Positions 1 to 11,517 of a stretch of DNA of 64,000 nucleotides are shown here, piece by piece. How positions within the stretch are numbered: position 1 is the stretch's first letter; each line of letters starts with the position of its first letter. Source of the DNA: a bacterium (GTDB lineage Bacteria; UBA8248); NCBI GenBank assembly GCA_963692865.2, contig OY843592.1:3200001-3264000 (forward strand), given 5' to 3'. The notes under the pieces were generated by a model. The model had not been told where the DNA came from, searched no databases, and worked only from the letters and a program-made list of their open reading frames with translations. The position numbers and the translations under genes are program-made.

Positions 1-34
1 AAACACACGCACAAGACGCGGTGAAGAAATAACT

Positions 35-787
35 ATGGACAACCGCCTGGCTTCGTTGCCCGAGCATGTGATCCGCGCTGGCAATCAGATGGCCGTAACG
101 CTCTCGCGCCTCATCCAAGACGGCGAAAAGGTGTTTCACGGTGTCAACTCCCCGCTCCCCATGGTCGCGATCTTCTTGGCCAAGAAACGACATGCCCCCA
201 ACTGCTCGCTCATAGAAGTCGCGGGCTCTGTAGATCCCAAACCACGCTTCATGCCGAACAGCACCGCCGACCCGGAGCTCTGCCACGGCGCGGCTTCTAT
301 GTTTTACAACCCGGACATGTACGATCTGTTTGCTCGCGGCGGGGTGGACTTCGCTTTTCTGGGAGCCGCCCAACTCGACAAGCAGGGGCGGGCCAACATG
401 AGCTATATCGGCAACCCGTTCCACCCGAAGGTGAGACTCCCCGGCGGCGGGGGAGGCGCCGTCATCATGCCGCAGGTGAAACGAACCGTAATCTGGCGAA
501 CGGTGCACGACAGACGATTTCTCGTGCGCAGTGTCGATTTCTCGACGCAATCTGGCAATCTGAGCCACGTGGTAACGCCCAAGGCCTTGTTCGAGAAAAA
601 AACCACCGGCCTCGAAGTCGTCAGCGTTCATCCCGGCCACTCGATGGATGAAGTGATCGAGAATACGGGCTTCGAACTGGAGCGCCCGAGCGCCGTGGCC
701 CAAACCCCCGAGCCGAGCGCCGAGGAACTGAGCGCCCTGAAAGAACTCGACCCCGACGGCGTGCGCTTTTCGGAATTTCGTGTATAA
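35..787 (+). CDS. Family I CoA-transferase beta subunit (glutaconate CoA-transferase B-like)
   Basis: Motifs FLGAAQLDKQGRANMS and RLPGGGG, and C-terminal SVHPGHSMDEVIENTGF, are typical of CoA-transferase B subunits. Confidence 0.85.
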   Translation: MDNRLASLPEHVIRAGNQMAVTLSRLIQDGEKVFHGVNSPLPMVAIFLAKKRHAPNCSLIEVAGSVDPKPRFMPNSTADPELCHGAASMFYNPDMYDLFARGGVDFAFLGAAQLDKQGRANMSYIGNPFHPKVRLPGGGGGAVIMPQVKRTVIWRTVHDRRFLVRSVDFSTQSGNLSHVVTPKALFEKKTTGLEVVSVHPGHSMDEVIENTGFELERPSAVAQTPEPSAEELSALKELDPDGVRFSEFRV

Positions 788-871
788 ACCGCAAACTTTC
801 GTTGAGACAACGAGAGCCCATTCGCCACATGACGCCAGTCTCTTTGTAGGCGACGGAATTCGGAGAATTTC

Positions 872-1513
872 ATGAACAACGAATTGATGAATCGTTTGGG
901 AAGCTATTCGACCTGCCAAGCGGCGGACGCGTTTGACAAATTGAATATCCGAGGCCACATGCCCGACATCATCCTGTTATCCCCGGATTCGGATTATCGA
1001 ATGGTGGGGGAAGCGCATACAGTTCGAATGGTTCCCGCGGGCGGCGGCCCTCTGCCAAAGCGCGAGGTGCACCACATCGACGCGGCGCCCGAGGGAAGCA
1101 TCGTCGTCATCAGCATCCCGCCCGGGGTGACAACGGCCAATTGGGGCGGGATGATGACCACCCGAGCGAAGGTAATGAACCTCGGCGGAGTCGTTCTCGA
1201 CGGCAGGGTCCGGGACATCGAGGAGCACCGACATATGGGATTCCCCGTGTTCGCCAGAGGAGTATCCGTTCACGGCAGCGGCGGATATACGGTTCCCATT
1301 ACCGTAGGGGAACCGATCAATTGCGGGGGCGTAACGGTAAGGCAGGGAGACGTCATTCTGGGCGACGTCAACGGCGTGGTCGTCATCCCTAAGGAAAGGC
1401 TCCAGGAAGTCATCGACAAGATGGATGAACTGGCGGAAATCGAAGAAAAAATCACCGAGGAGTTGGAAAAAGGAATGAGCATCGGTGAGGCATTCGCCAA
1501 GCACCGAAGCTAG
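872..1513 (+). CDS. RraA family / HMG-aldolase-like protein
   Basis: Motifs NWGGMM, GVVLDGRVRDI and VRQGDVILGDVNGVVVIP. Confidence 0.88.
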   Translation: MNNELMNRLGSYSTCQAADAFDKLNIRGHMPDIILLSPDSDYRMVGEAHTVRMVPAGGGPLPKREVHHIDAAPEGSIVVISIPPGVTTANWGGMMTTRAKVMNLGGVVLDGRVRDIEEHRHMGFPVFARGVSVHGSGGYTVPITVGEPINCGGVTVRQGDVILGDVNGVVVIPKERLQEVIDKMDELAEIEEKITEELEKGMSIGEAFAKHRS

Positions 1514-1656
1514 TACGAGGGCACGATAGCCGACTGAAACATGACCCTGATAAATCCAGCCGAAAGACGCATCCACCTAGCGGCGCCGGGTGAATCTGAT
1601 ATAATGACCTCAACAACTTCGGATATCCGCCCCAGATATATCCCGATAAACCCAAG

Positions 1657-2319
1657 ATGAACCTAACAAACACGTCCTCCCATATACTCCCCTTGCGGAC
1701 TCTTGTCATCAGTCTCGCTTTTTCCATTGTCCTGAGTGGATGCGGATTTTTGCCCACCCCAACGAGCCGTTATTTCAATGATGACGATTTATACGGTATC
1801 GCCTCCTGGTATGGAAACCCCTACCACGGGCGCAAAACGGCGAACGGCGAAACGTACGACATGCACGCTCTCACCGCAGCGCACCGCACCCTGCCTTTTG
1901 GCTCCATCGTACGGGTGCGCAGAAGTGACGACGGGCGGGAAGTGCAAGTGCGAATCAACGATCGCGGCCCTTTTTTCATAAGCCGGGTTATCGATCTCTC
2001 ACGAGAGGCGGCCCGCAGAATCGGTATGTTGCGCAAGGGCACCACCGAGGTTCACATCGAACCCCTCTACATTCCCCGGGAACCGAACCCGAAATGGATG
2101 ATCCTGGTGGGCGGGTTCATGGAAAAAATAGAAGCGCAGGAATTCGCAGATCATTTTCACCGCAACGGCGCGATCTCGGAGATCCGGCCAGGCTGGCATG
2201 GAAACTACGACCATTACCACGTACAGATCAAAGGACTTGTAGGCGAGAGCAAAGCGAAGCGGTTGGTGGAAAGACTGCAGCGCAACGGGTACGGGGCATT
2301 CATCGTGCGAGCGAAATAA
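1657..2319 (+). CDS. rlpA: Septal ring lytic transglycosylase RlpA lipoprotein with SPOR domain
   Basis: Lipobox LSGC; GIASWYG..TANGETYDMHALTAAHRTLP, RINDRGPF..RVIDLS; SPOR-like C-terminus. Confidence 0.92.
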   Translation: MNLTNTSSHILPLRTLVISLAFSIVLSGCGFLPTPTSRYFNDDDLYGIASWYGNPYHGRKTANGETYDMHALTAAHRTLPFGSIVRVRRSDDGREVQVRINDRGPFFISRVIDLSREAARRIGMLRKGTTEVHIEPLYIPREPNPKWMILVGGFMEKIEAQEFADHFHRNGAISEIRPGWHGNYDHYHVQIKGLVGESKAKRLVERLQRNGYGAFIVRAK

Positions 2320-2323
2320 AAAT

Positions 2324-4396
2324 TCAGGCCCTATCGAGCGCCGTTTTGATCGCCTCCAAATTCGTGAGCGGTTCCTTGCACGTGAAATTTTCGCATAGGT
2401 AAACGGTGGCCCGTCCATCCAACATGGATTTCCCATCGAGCACGGGCACTGTGGCGTCTGCTTCTTCGTCAGAAGCTTCCGATTTGAATGCCAAAACCTT
2501 GTTGGGAATAAAGCGGGAATCGACCGCCCTGAGAGCCGCGCGCGTATCTTTCGAATCCCTCTCGCCGACGATCGCCACCTCCACCGGAGAATCGAGATAA
2601 AAGTCCAGCGCCACCAGCATCATATGGAAAGCGGCCGGCACGCGGCCCAGGTAATCGCCAAACGAGCGCAATACGCCCTCCCCGCGTTCTGCGAATTCCG
2701 CCTCGCCCGAGAGTTTCGCCAGCTTCAACAAACCCAGCGCCGCTATCGAGTTCCCGCTCGGGACGGCGCCGTCTTGCGTCATCTTCTTCCTGACGATGAG
2801 CCGCTCGTGATCGTGGGCCGTAAAGAAGAAAGCGCCGCCCGCATCATCCCAATAGCGAGAAATCATCTCCCGCGCCAAACCCGAAGCCGCTCGAATCCAC
2901 CGGGGCTCGAAGCTCGCCTCGTATAAATCCACCAAACCGACAATCAGAAAAGCATAATCATCCAGATACGCGTTGAACTTGCTCACGCCTTCGCGGTGGC
3001 TTCTCAGCAGGCCCCGCTCATCGCGCATGTTGTTCAAGATAAAATCCGCCGCCTTGCCCGCTTCTTCCACGTAGGGGGGATGTTCCAAAATCCTGCCCGC
3101 CATGGCCATCGAGCCGATCATGAGTCCGTTCCAACTGGTGAGAATTTTATCGTCCAGACCCGGCTTCACGCGCCTCTCACGCACGGCAAAGAGCTTTGCG
3201 CGCCCTCTTTGTAAAACATCAAAGAGCTTCTCTTCCGTGATGCCCAGCTCTTCGGCGAAAACGCGGGGTGGTTTCTGGATGAACAAGGCGGAAGTATTGC
3301 CCTCAAAGTTGCCCTCCTCCGTCACGCTGTAGAACCGGCAGAATATGTCCGCTTCTTCCTTGCCGAGAATCCCTTCTATTTCCTCTGGACGCCACACGAA
3401 GAACTTGCCCTCCTCGCCCTCGCTGTCGGCGTCCTGCGCGGAGTAGAATCCTCCGCCCGGGCTGGTCATCTCGCGCAAAACGTAATCGAGCGTATCCGTC
3501 ACCACGGAGCGGTAAAATGCGCTTCCCGTCGCCTGGTAGGCCTCGAGGTAGACTCTGGAGAGAAGAGCGTTGTCGTAAAGCATTTTCTCAAAGTGCGGAA
3601 TGAGCCAGTAAACATCCACGCTGTAGCGGTGAAAACCTCCTCCGAGTTGATCGTACATCCCGCCCAGCGCCATTCTTTGAAGCGTTACCTCAACCATTTT
3701 CAACAGTTCCTGATCAGGAGAGCGCTTCCATTTCCTCAAAAGCAGCATCAGCGCCATGGAGGGCGGGAATTTCGGAGCGCTCCCGAAACCACCCCAGGCG
3801 GAGTCGAATCGCTCCTTCAGTTCCTGCGCGGCCTGCTCTATCCACTCCGCTTTCAAATCACCTTTTGTTGCCGTAACGACTCCCATTTGCTGCAAATTCG
3901 CTGTTAGGCTCTCCGCGTTATCCTGCAACTCCTCCTGTCTCGTTCGATACACCTCGGCCAGTCTCAAGAGTACGTTCTTGAAACCGGGTCTCCCCCATTT
4001 GTCATGCGGCGGGAAATAAGTACCTCCGAAAAAGGGCCTCAAATCCGGGAGCAAGAAAACGCTCATGGGCCAGCCGCCCTGGCCCGTCATCATCTGCACC
4101 GCCTCCATGTAGATGCCGTCGATATCGGGGCGTTCTTCCCGATCCACTTTGATGGAAACGAAATGCTCGTTCAGGATTTGGGCGATTTCTTCATCCTCGA
4201 AACTTTCATGCTCCATCACATGACACCAATGGCAGGCGGAATAGCCGACGGACAAAAAAATGGGCTTGTTTTCTTCTCTTGACTTGCGGAGCGCATCCTC
4301 TCCCCAGGGATACCAATCCACCGGATTGTATTGATGCTGCAAGAGATACGGGCTCGTCTCCTGCGCGAGACTGTTTTTCTGCCGGGGCTGATTCAT
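2324..4396 (-). CDS. YyaL/DUF255 thioredoxin-domain protein with six-hairpin glycosidase-like fold
   Basis: [49 protein letters not shown]. Confidence 0.93.
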   Translation of the reverse strand: MNQPRQKNSLAQETSPYLLQHQYNPVDWYPWGEDALRKSREENKPIFLSVGYSACHWCHVMEHESFEDEEIAQILNEHFVSIKVDREERPDIDGIYMEAVQMMTGQGGWPMSVFLLPDLRPFFGGTYFPPHDKWGRPGFKNVLLRLAEVYRTRQEELQDNAESLTANLQQMGVVTATKGDLKAEWIEQAAQELKERFDSAWGGFGSAPKFPPSMALMLLLRKWKRSPDQELLKMVEVTLQRMALGGMYDQLGGGFHRYSVDVYWLIPHFEKMLYDNALLSRVYLEAYQATGSAFYRSVVTDTLDYVLREMTSPGGGFYSAQDADSEGEEGKFFVWRPEEIEGILGKEEADIFCRFYSVTEEGNFEGNTSALFIQKPPRVFAEELGITEEKLFDVLQRGRAKLFAVRERRVKPGLDDKILTSWNGLMIGSMAMAGRILEHPPYVEEAGKAADFILNNMRDERGLLRSHREGVSKFNAYLDDYAFLIVGLVDLYEASFEPRWIRAASGLAREMISRYWDDAGGAFFFTAHDHERLIVRKKMTQDGAVPSGNSIAALGLLKLAKLSGEAEFAERGEGVLRSFGDYLGRVPAAFHMMLVALDFYLDSPVEVAIVGERDSKDTRAALRAVDSRFIPNKVLAFKSEASDEEADATVPVLDGKSMLDGRATVYLCENFTCKEPLTNLEAIKTALDRA

Positions 4397-4468
4397 GAAT
4401 TCCTCAGATGGGTGGGAGAAAGTCCATTTGCAGAGAAAAATACCCGCCGACAGGGTATGGGAGAATGC

Positions 4469-4972
4469 TCAACAAAACAATTCGGGCTGGGGAACGATTT
4501 GCGCATACGTCTCCACGCGCCCATCTCCGCGAATGTGCAATATATTTTCATTGCAATTCTCCGCCCAAGCGGCGGATATCAGATGCAGGCGATGGCAATT
4601 TCTCGGGTTTTCCTCCGCGCAAAGAACCGCCGTTGGCTCTCTTTTCACCTGCGCCCTCAGGCGCGTCATAGCGTGGATGAAATCTTCCCTGCATCTCACC
4701 TTCATCCAGCTGATGCGTCCTTCGGCGTCAAATAATTCGGGATTTCGTCTGAAGTCGCGTTTTCCGCCGAACGCTTCTCCCTCCCAGAAGTATGCGATGT
4801 CTCGCGACGAGAGGCTCTGGTCCATCCTCTCTCTGTTGAACTGCGGATTTCTCCTGCTGTATGGGATGCTTCGCACGTCCACCACGCATGCGATTCCGTG
4901 GCGGAGCAGCAAGTCCAGGAATTTCCCGGCGCAGTGGTTGCTGTGGCCTATCGTCCAGAGCGGGTGCTTCAA
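4469..4972 (-). CDS. DUF488 family protein
   Basis: WTIGHS, VDVRSIPYSRRNPQFN, LCAEENPRNCHR. Start placed at TTG 4972, which overlaps the upstream stop (TTGA). Confidence 0.85.
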   Translation of the reverse strand: MKHPLWTIGHSNHCAGKFLDLLLRHGIACVVDVRSIPYSRRNPQFNRERMDQSLSSRDIAYFWEGEAFGGKRDFRRNPELFDAEGRISWMKVRCREDFIHAMTRLRAQVKREPTAVLCAEENPRNCHRLHLISAAWAENCNENILHIRGDGRVETYAQIVPQPELFC

Positions 4973-6309
4973 GCGAAACCCCCCATGAACGTCGCCGCAA
5001 TCTCGCATCCACGATGAAAAATCTCCACGTCGATATTCTCATCCGGCGCATGAGAGTTCGAATCGGCATTGGCGAGGGGGAACCAGACGGACGGAATGCC
5101 TAAGTCTCTTGTGAACATGCTGTCGGGAACACTGCCGCCGAAGTTCGGGTAGATGACCGGCTCGACCCCGTCACAGCCGATGGCCTTGATTACGTTCTGC
5201 ACGTAAGGAGCGTCCGCCGGTGTTTTGCTGGCGTCGAATGTGGCCATCTTGCGCACCTCGATGTCTTCGAACCCTTCTGCCTTCAAAAACGAACACACAT
5301 CCTCAAAAAGTCTTTCCGGGTCCTGTTCCACCACGAGGCGGAAATCCAGCTTTGCGCGTGCGGAACCCGGGAGAATCGTTTTCATCCCATCGCTAGAATA
5401 CCCTCCCTGAAAACCACAGATGTTCAGATTCGGCCGGGTGAGAGATTTCGCATAAAAGGCGGAAAGTTCCGGAATCCGGTAAACCCCATCGCCGATGACG
5501 GCCCGAAGTTCCGCTTCCGGGTCGGGGATTCCCTCCAGTGCATCCTGGTCCGCATCGCCAATCGGCAGCACGGAATCGTAAAATCCGGGCACGCGTATCC
5601 AGCCCTCATCATCTCGCAGACATTGCACGGCCTCCATTAGCCGCCAGAATGGATTCGGGACAGGCCCGCCGTACGTCCCGGAATGAAGGTCCTTTCCGAC
5701 GCCGTGCGAGATCAGTTCGATGTAGAGCAATCCCCGGCAGCCCAGCGAAAGCGTCGGCCTGCCAGAGGGGTGCAAGGAGCCATCCGATGAACAGGCGATA
5801 TCCGCCTTCAACAACTCCTTGTTCTCCTGGATGAATTTCCTCAAGCTGGGAGAGCCCATTTCCTCCTCGCCCTCTATCAAAAACTTGAGATTGACGGGCA
5901 ATTCCGTGTTCGTCTCATGGTAGGCCTCAACCGCCTTGATATGGGCGAAATGCTGGCCCTTGTTGTCTCCCGACCCACGTGCGTAGAGGCGGCCATCGCG
6001 CACTTGGGGCTCGAAAGGCTCGGAACTCCAGCCCTCGGACATATCGGCCGGCTGAACGTCATAGTGGCCATAGATCAGCATGGTCGGAGCATCCGGTGGC
6101 CCTTTCACTTGCCCGTATACGAGCGAAATACCCTCGGTCGGCAGAATCCGCGCCTCGATGCCCGCGCCACTCATCAACCTCGCCAGATGCGACGCCGCCT
6201 CTTCCACTCCGACGCCCAAAGTGCTGATAGAGGGAATTTTGAGATATTCGATGAGTTCCGCCAGACTCTGCTCCCTTCTGGCCCGCAGAAAATCAATCAC
6301 CGCCGACAT
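4969..6309 (-). CDS. M20/M25/M40 metallopeptidase (dipeptidase-like)
   Basis: YGHYDVQP, ARGSGDNKG, EGEEEMGS, HAPDEN. ATG 6309 has a GGAGG RBS. Confidence 0.9.
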   Translation of the reverse strand: MSAVIDFLRARREQSLAELIEYLKIPSISTLGVGVEEAASHLARLMSGAGIEARILPTEGISLVYGQVKGPPDAPTMLIYGHYDVQPADMSEGWSSEPFEPQVRDGRLYARGSGDNKGQHFAHIKAVEAYHETNTELPVNLKFLIEGEEEMGSPSLRKFIQENKELLKADIACSSDGSLHPSGRPTLSLGCRGLLYIELISHGVGKDLHSGTYGGPVPNPFWRLMEAVQCLRDDEGWIRVPGFYDSVLPIGDADQDALEGIPDPEAELRAVIGDGVYRIPELSAFYAKSLTRPNLNICGFQGGYSSDGMKTILPGSARAKLDFRLVVEQDPERLFEDVCSFLKAEGFEDIEVRKMATFDASKTPADAPYVQNVIKAIGCDGVEPVIYPNFGGSVPDSMFTRDLGIPSVWFPLANADSNSHAPDENIDVEIFHRGCEIAATFMGGFA

Positions 6310-6432
6310 TCCACCCTCCTTCACAAAGAGCCGTTTCGACGAGGTGTTGCCGAAATCATCGACCCGGCTTATTCTGAGAGATAGCTTGAACCTGCCGAAT
6401 TCTTTTGCCGCCACGCAAAAATTGGATTTCGC

Positions 6433-7443
6433 ATGATTCGATCTGTAATTAGCATAATTCATCGCACCATCAAGGTCATCCGCTTAGGGCGTCTTCTGCT
6501 TTTCATGCTCGCTATACTGATGGTGACCAGTTGCGCCCGGCCCCGCACCTTGAACCTTGCTCCTGCTCCGGAGGGAAGCTACGACCATCAGGAAAATTAT
6601 ATCGAACTACCATCAAGCATCGAAAACGCCTCGATTACGGGGTATCTGGTGCGTCCCTCGGAAAAGGGGAGATTCCCTTGCGTCGTATTGCTGCACGGGA
6701 AAGGCGGTTGGTGGCGAGCATACATCCGCTACGCCCGAAAACTCGCGAGCCATGGGTTCTCATCCTTGGTCATCAATTATTACTCGGTGCACCAGGTGGA
6801 CCTGGAGGGTCTTAGAACACCTTTCGTCCAACGAAAATCGAATTTCGAACGCCAGAATGAAGACATTAACCGAGCCGTTTCCGCTTTTGCTAAAAGCGCG
6901 CATTGCATACACAACAAGGTCGGTCTCATCGGATTCTCACTCGGCGCGGACAAGGCGTTCCGTGCGGCCGCGTCGCTTCCGGTCATAAAGGCCGTGGTGG
7001 CGTATTACGGCCCTTATGATTATGAGGCTCTCATCAAGAAGCGAATCACCTCCGTCGTTCTCGCCCTGGCGACCGAAGATCTGCTGCGCTGGAAAAATTA
7101 TCTGGAATTTCACAGTCCCGCCAACAAGATCCAGAACTCAAAAGCTTCCGCCTTGATATTCCACGGCGTGACGGACGGAATCATTCCCGTCCAGCAATCT
7201 TTCACGATGATGAAAAGATTAAGAGCGAGAAAATCGGGCTACGCCCAATTGAAACTTTACGAGGGAACCGGCCACAATTTCGTACTCAGAAGAAGAACGC
7301 CCCGGGAAAGAGAAGACTCGATTCGCCTCGCATTGATTTTCCTCAAAAACCACCTGCCCCAATCAAGTGAATCACCCAAGGCGCAAAACGTGGTCGATAC
7401 ACGCGCCGATCTTGCTCCCCCAAACGACAAACAAGGCAGTTGA
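6433..7443 (+). CDS. Alpha/beta hydrolase (dienelactone hydrolase-like), probable lipoprotein
   Basis: VLLHG, GFSLG nucleophile elbow, HGVTDGIIP, GTGHNF; lipobox-like VTSC. Confidence 0.8.
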   Translation: MIRSVISIIHRTIKVIRLGRLLLFMLAILMVTSCARPRTLNLAPAPEGSYDHQENYIELPSSIENASITGYLVRPSEKGRFPCVVLLHGKGGWWRAYIRYARKLASHGFSSLVINYYSVHQVDLEGLRTPFVQRKSNFERQNEDINRAVSAFAKSAHCIHNKVGLIGFSLGADKAFRAAASLPVIKAVVAYYGPYDYEALIKKRITSVVLALATEDLLRWKNYLEFHSPANKIQNSKASALIFHGVTDGIIPVQQSFTMMKRLRARKSGYAQLKLYEGTGHNFVLRRRTPREREDSIRLALIFLKNHLPQSSESPKAQNVVDTRADLAPPNDKQGS

Positions 7444-7449
7444 CACATC

Positions 7450-9675
7450 ATGGATACGACACCGGACGGCAGACACGGCAAGAGGGAAACCTGGGTACGC
7501 GAATGGGTGGGTTGGAGTGAACTCACTCCCGCCGGGAACGTTGAAGCAGGGGCGTGGGGCACATGGAAGATCACTTACCACGTCGGCAGATACGGCGTGG
7601 ACGATGGCGGGACTATCGTCCTTTCTCGCCGTTTCGCCAGTGATTGGGCCAAGCCGCAAACTGACGCACCCGGTGAACCTCACTATGCGAGTGTGAAAAC
7701 GAGTGGAAGCGCCTCCCTGAGGGTAAGATGGGACCCGAAATCGAACATCAGGCCCTGGCAGCAAGGTCTGGCCATTGATGTATTCGATAGCTATCTGGCG
7801 GAAGGCGATACGGTGACCATCGTTCTAGGAGACAAGAGCGGAGGCAGCGTGGGAACACGCGCCCAGACTTTTTGCGAGAAAAACTTCCGCTTCCGGCTCT
7901 TCGTCGATTGCTTCGGCTCGAATCGGTTTATCGAAGCGGCTGATACGCCAGCCTTCTCAATCGTACCGGGAAAACCGGCCCGTCTCGTCATCCATGGCGC
8001 GACGGAACAAGCCCCAATCGAGACGTCCTGGATGCAGGTAAAACTAGAAGACATATGGGGAAATCCATGTCACGGCTTAGATGCGGAAGTCTCTCTCGCC
8101 GCCGAAGGAGCTATCTGCGAAGGATTGCCCGCCGTCGTACGGTTCAAAAATGACGAACCCGCCGTCCTTCGAATTGAGAACCTACAATGGGAGCCGGGCA
8201 AATGGGGACGCATACAGGGCGACGCCGGAGCCGGCATCCCTCCGGCATACAGCAATTACGTGTACGCCATGGAGAAAACCCATCAATGGCGTCCATTCTG
8301 GGGCGACCTCCATGGTCAAAGCGAAGAAACGGTAGGCACAAATACCGTGGATGATTATTTCGCATTCGCCTGCGACATGGCCGGGGCGCAATTCTCCTGC
8401 CATCAGGGAAACGATTTCCAGGTTACGAAAGATACCTGGAGCGCCATTCGAGCGGCCACGAAGAAATACAACCAGCCGGGCCGCTTCGTCACGTTCCTGG
8501 GCGTCGAATGGTCCGCCGTGACGGGCATGGGCGGGGACAGGAACGTCATGTATCTCGGCGACGATGGCCCTTTGCACCGAACGAGTCACTGGCAACTGGA
8601 TGACTGGACCGACCAGGAAACGGACAAATACCCTCTTGATGCCCTATACGATGCTATGGGAGGACGCAGAGATGTCATTCTGATTCCCCACATCGGCGGT
8701 AGGCGGGCGAGTTTGGAATATCACCACCCAAAACTCGAACGCGTCATGGAGATATATTCTTCTTGGGGACGATTCGAATGGTTCGTTGAGGAAGCCCTGG
8801 ATAAGGGCTGGCGCGTTGGCATCACGGCTGGAAGTGATGGGCACAAGGGGCGTCCCGGAGCCAGCTATCCGGGTGCCGCCATTTTCGGCGTTTATGGCGG
8901 CTATGCCTGCATCTATGCGGAAGAGCTCACGCGTGAGAGCCTTTGGGAAGCGATTCAGGCCAGGCGCGTCTATGCAACCACGGGGAAGAAAATTCACCTT
9001 TCCTTCTCGGCTGGAGACCATTTCATGGGCGAGGAATTTGAAGCCACCGAACCCCCGGTGTTCAATGTCCGAGCCATGGGTGAATGCGGTATCGAGTCGA
9101 TAGAATTGAAGCGCGCCTCGCAAACCATTTTCTCTTACCGCCCGAAAGATGCGACCGCCCAAAATTCAGACTGGTTCCGAGTCTCCTGGAGCGGCGCTCG
9201 CATACACCAGCGCAACCGTCAAACCCACTGGCGAGGCGGCTTAAAAGTGGATAAAGGAAAAATCGAGGAGCCCAGAAACTGGCAAGTGGATAACCTCGAA
9301 GAAGGCATACAGTCGGTCGATGAGCGGAGCATCCGGTGGTTGAGCCGCACGACCGGGGATGCAGACGGCGTCGAGTTCCGCCTTTCTAACGTAGAGGACG
9401 CAACGCTATCCTTTGAAACCGAAGTCGTTTCTTTTGAGGTGAAACTCGATGACATCGGAGCCCTTCCGTATGTGGTGGAAGCAGGCGGTGTGCGCCAACA
9501 GGTGGAAGTCCAGCGCATCAGCCCAAAGCAAGGGAATCCGTACGCAAGCGTCAGTTTCGATGTAGACGAAAGCGATTTTCATGACGGCTGGAACCCTTAT
9601 TTCGTCAGGTTGATGCAAGAAGACGGGGCATTTGCCTGGAGCAGCCCAATTTTTGTGAAAAAGGTGAAAAAATGA
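7450..9675 (+). CDS. DUF3604-like PHP-fold metallohydrolase
   Basis: FWGDLHGQSEETVG, GSDGHKGRPG, RRVYATTG, AWSSPIF. Confidence 0.8.
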   Translation: MDTTPDGRHGKRETWVREWVGWSELTPAGNVEAGAWGTWKITYHVGRYGVDDGGTIVLSRRFASDWAKPQTDAPGEPHYASVKTSGSASLRVRWDPKSNIRPWQQGLAIDVFDSYLAEGDTVTIVLGDKSGGSVGTRAQTFCEKNFRFRLFVDCFGSNRFIEAADTPAFSIVPGKPARLVIHGATEQAPIETSWMQVKLEDIWGNPCHGLDAEVSLAAEGAICEGLPAVVRFKNDEPAVLRIENLQWEPGKWGRIQGDAGAGIPPAYSNYVYAMEKTHQWRPFWGDLHGQSEETVGTNTVDDYFAFACDMAGAQFSCHQGNDFQVTKDTWSAIRAATKKYNQPGRFVTFLGVEWSAVTGMGGDRNVMYLGDDGPLHRTSHWQLDDWTDQETDKYPLDALYDAMGGRRDVILIPHIGGRRASLEYHHPKLERVMEIYSSWGRFEWFVEEALDKGWRVGITAGSDGHKGRPGASYPGAAIFGVYGGYACIYAEELTRESLWEAIQARRVYATTGKKIHLSFSAGDHFMGEEFEATEPPVFNVRAMGECGIESIELKRASQTIFSYRPKDATAQNSDWFRVSWSGARIHQRNRQTHWRGGLKVDKGKIEEPRNWQVDNLEEGIQSVDERSIRWLSRTTGDADGVEFRLSNVEDATLSFETEVVSFEVKLDDIGALPYVVEAGGVRQQVEVQRISPKQGNPYASVSFDVDESDFHDGWNPYFVRLMQEDGAFAWSSPIFVKKVKK

Positions 9676-10397
9676 CAGCTTACAAACTACCCGCTCTCGA
9701 TGAAAATTGGCAGCGGGCGCTGGCCATAGTGGCGCATCCTGACGACATGGAATTCGGCGCTTCGGGCGCAGTCGCAAGATGGACGGCACAGGGCAAGGAA
9801 ATCTCATACATCCTGATGACTAGCGGAGAGGCGGGCATCGACGGCATGTCGCCGGAAGAGGCGGGACCAGCGAGAGAAGAGGAAGAAATAAAAAGCGCCG
9901 CCATCGTCGGAGTGCAACAGGTGGAATTCCTGGGTTATACGGATGGGATCATCGAGTACAATCTGGATTTAAGACGCGACCTCGCGCGAAAAATCAGGGC
10001 ATACCGCCCTGAAATCGTAATCACCCTCTCTCACCATCTTACCTGGCCGGGTGGCCCCCTGAACATGGCGGATCATCGCTGGCTCGCTTATGGCGTGATG
10101 GATGCGAGCCGCGATGCCGGAAACCGCTGGATTTTCCCCGAACTGCTGAACGAGGGGCTGGAACCATGGATGGGCGTGCGCACGGTATTGCTCAGCGGCT
10201 CCCCGGAACCTACGCATGCCGTTGACGTCACGGAGCACCTCGAGCAAGGAATCGCATCCTTACAAGCCCATAAACTCTACATCGACAATCTCGCCCAAGG
10301 GTTCGACCCCGTTGGTTTCCTGACGCAAGGGGCCGTTGAAACGGGCAAACGCGCCGGATTTCAATATGCGGTATCGTTCGAAGCAATCTCGATATGA
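9672..10397 (+). CDS. PIG-L family deacetylase
   Basis: AHPDDME, TSGEAG, ADHR. ATGA overlap with the DUF3604 gene. Confidence 0.9.
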   Translation: MTAYKLPALDENWQRALAIVAHPDDMEFGASGAVARWTAQGKEISYILMTSGEAGIDGMSPEEAGPAREEEEIKSAAIVGVQQVEFLGYTDGIIEYNLDLRRDLARKIRAYRPEIVITLSHHLTWPGGPLNMADHRWLAYGVMDASRDAGNRWIFPELLNEGLEPWMGVRTVLLSGSPEPTHAVDVTEHLEQGIASLQAHKLYIDNLAQGFDPVGFLTQGAVETGKRAGFQYAVSFEAISI

Positions 10398-10516
10398 ATT
10401 TCTAAAAAAAAATCGCCGCTCAAGGCTATATCTTCTAAAGCGAATTGGGTAGTATTCGCCTGCGGTTGGGCTGTACGCCACTATCTTATTGATTCATTCA
10501 TCTAACGAGGAAATGA

Positions 10517-11461
10517 ATGCTTGACGACGCAACAAAACAGGAGTTAAGGGAAAAACACTACAACGCGACAGTCGTGGATATCGTCTGGCAGCATGAGATG
10601 CTCGCATGTTTTCGCGTAAAACCCGATTTCGATTTTCCCGAATACAAATCGGGGCAATATACGACGCTGGGCCTCGGCAACTGGGAGCCCCGCCACAAGG
10701 GCGCCGTCAAAGAGAAAGAACTCGACGAGAAGAGAATCAGGCGATTGGGCAGACGCGCCTATTCCGTTTCTCACCCGGTGGTCAACGGAGCGGGAGCACT
10801 ATATCCGCCGAAAGACCTGGATTTTCTGGAATTCTACATCGTTATGGTCATCGGCGAGGAAGGAGAACCCGCGCCTTTGCTCACCCCGAGGCTCTTTCTC
10901 TTGAAACCCGGGGACCGCATTCACATGGGCCAAAAATTTACCGGCGAATACACACTCGAGTGCATGAACGATATTCGGGATAGCGACAATTCTCTTGTCG
11001 TCTTCGCCGGCACCGGAACCGGAGAAGGACCACACAACCATATGATCTGGGAGCTTCTACGCTCGGGCTACAAAGGTCAGATCGCCAGCATCAACGTCGT
11101 GCGTTACAAGAACGACCTTGCATACGAACCCCTCTACAGAGAACTCGAGAAGAAATATCCCCAACTCTCGTATCACGCACTCACCACGCGCGAGGCGGAT
11201 ACCGTCAACAACAAAGTATACGTGCAGGATTATCTGGCTACGGGCATGTTCGAGGAAAACCTCGGCCGCAAGATGGACCCCGCGAACACGCACCTGTTCC
11301 TGTGCGGAAACCCCGCCATGATCGGCATCCCCAAGGTTCGCGAGGGCGAAAAGATATGGCCCGAAGGCGCTCCGGGCGTCATCCAGATTATGGAAGATCG
11401 CGGCTTCACTATGGACTACGGACGAACGAAAGGAAATATTCATTACGAGAAATACTGGTAA
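10517..11461 (+). CDS. Ferredoxin-NADP+ reductase family oxidoreductase
   Basis: RAYSVS FAD motif, GTGTGEGP, CGNPAMI, terminal EKYW. Confidence 0.88.
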   Translation: MLDDATKQELREKHYNATVVDIVWQHEMLACFRVKPDFDFPEYKSGQYTTLGLGNWEPRHKGAVKEKELDEKRIRRLGRRAYSVSHPVVNGAGALYPPKDLDFLEFYIVMVIGEEGEPAPLLTPRLFLLKPGDRIHMGQKFTGEYTLECMNDIRDSDNSLVVFAGTGTGEGPHNHMIWELLRSGYKGQIASINVVRYKNDLAYEPLYRELEKKYPQLSYHALTTREADTVNNKVYVQDYLATGMFEENLGRKMDPANTHLFLCGNPAMIGIPKVREGEKIWPEGAPGVIQIMEDRGFTMDYGRTKGNIHYEKYW

Positions 11462-11517
11462 GACTTGCGTTTCATATATCACCTCGGCTCTCGTAGACGA
11501 AAACCCCTGGAGGCACC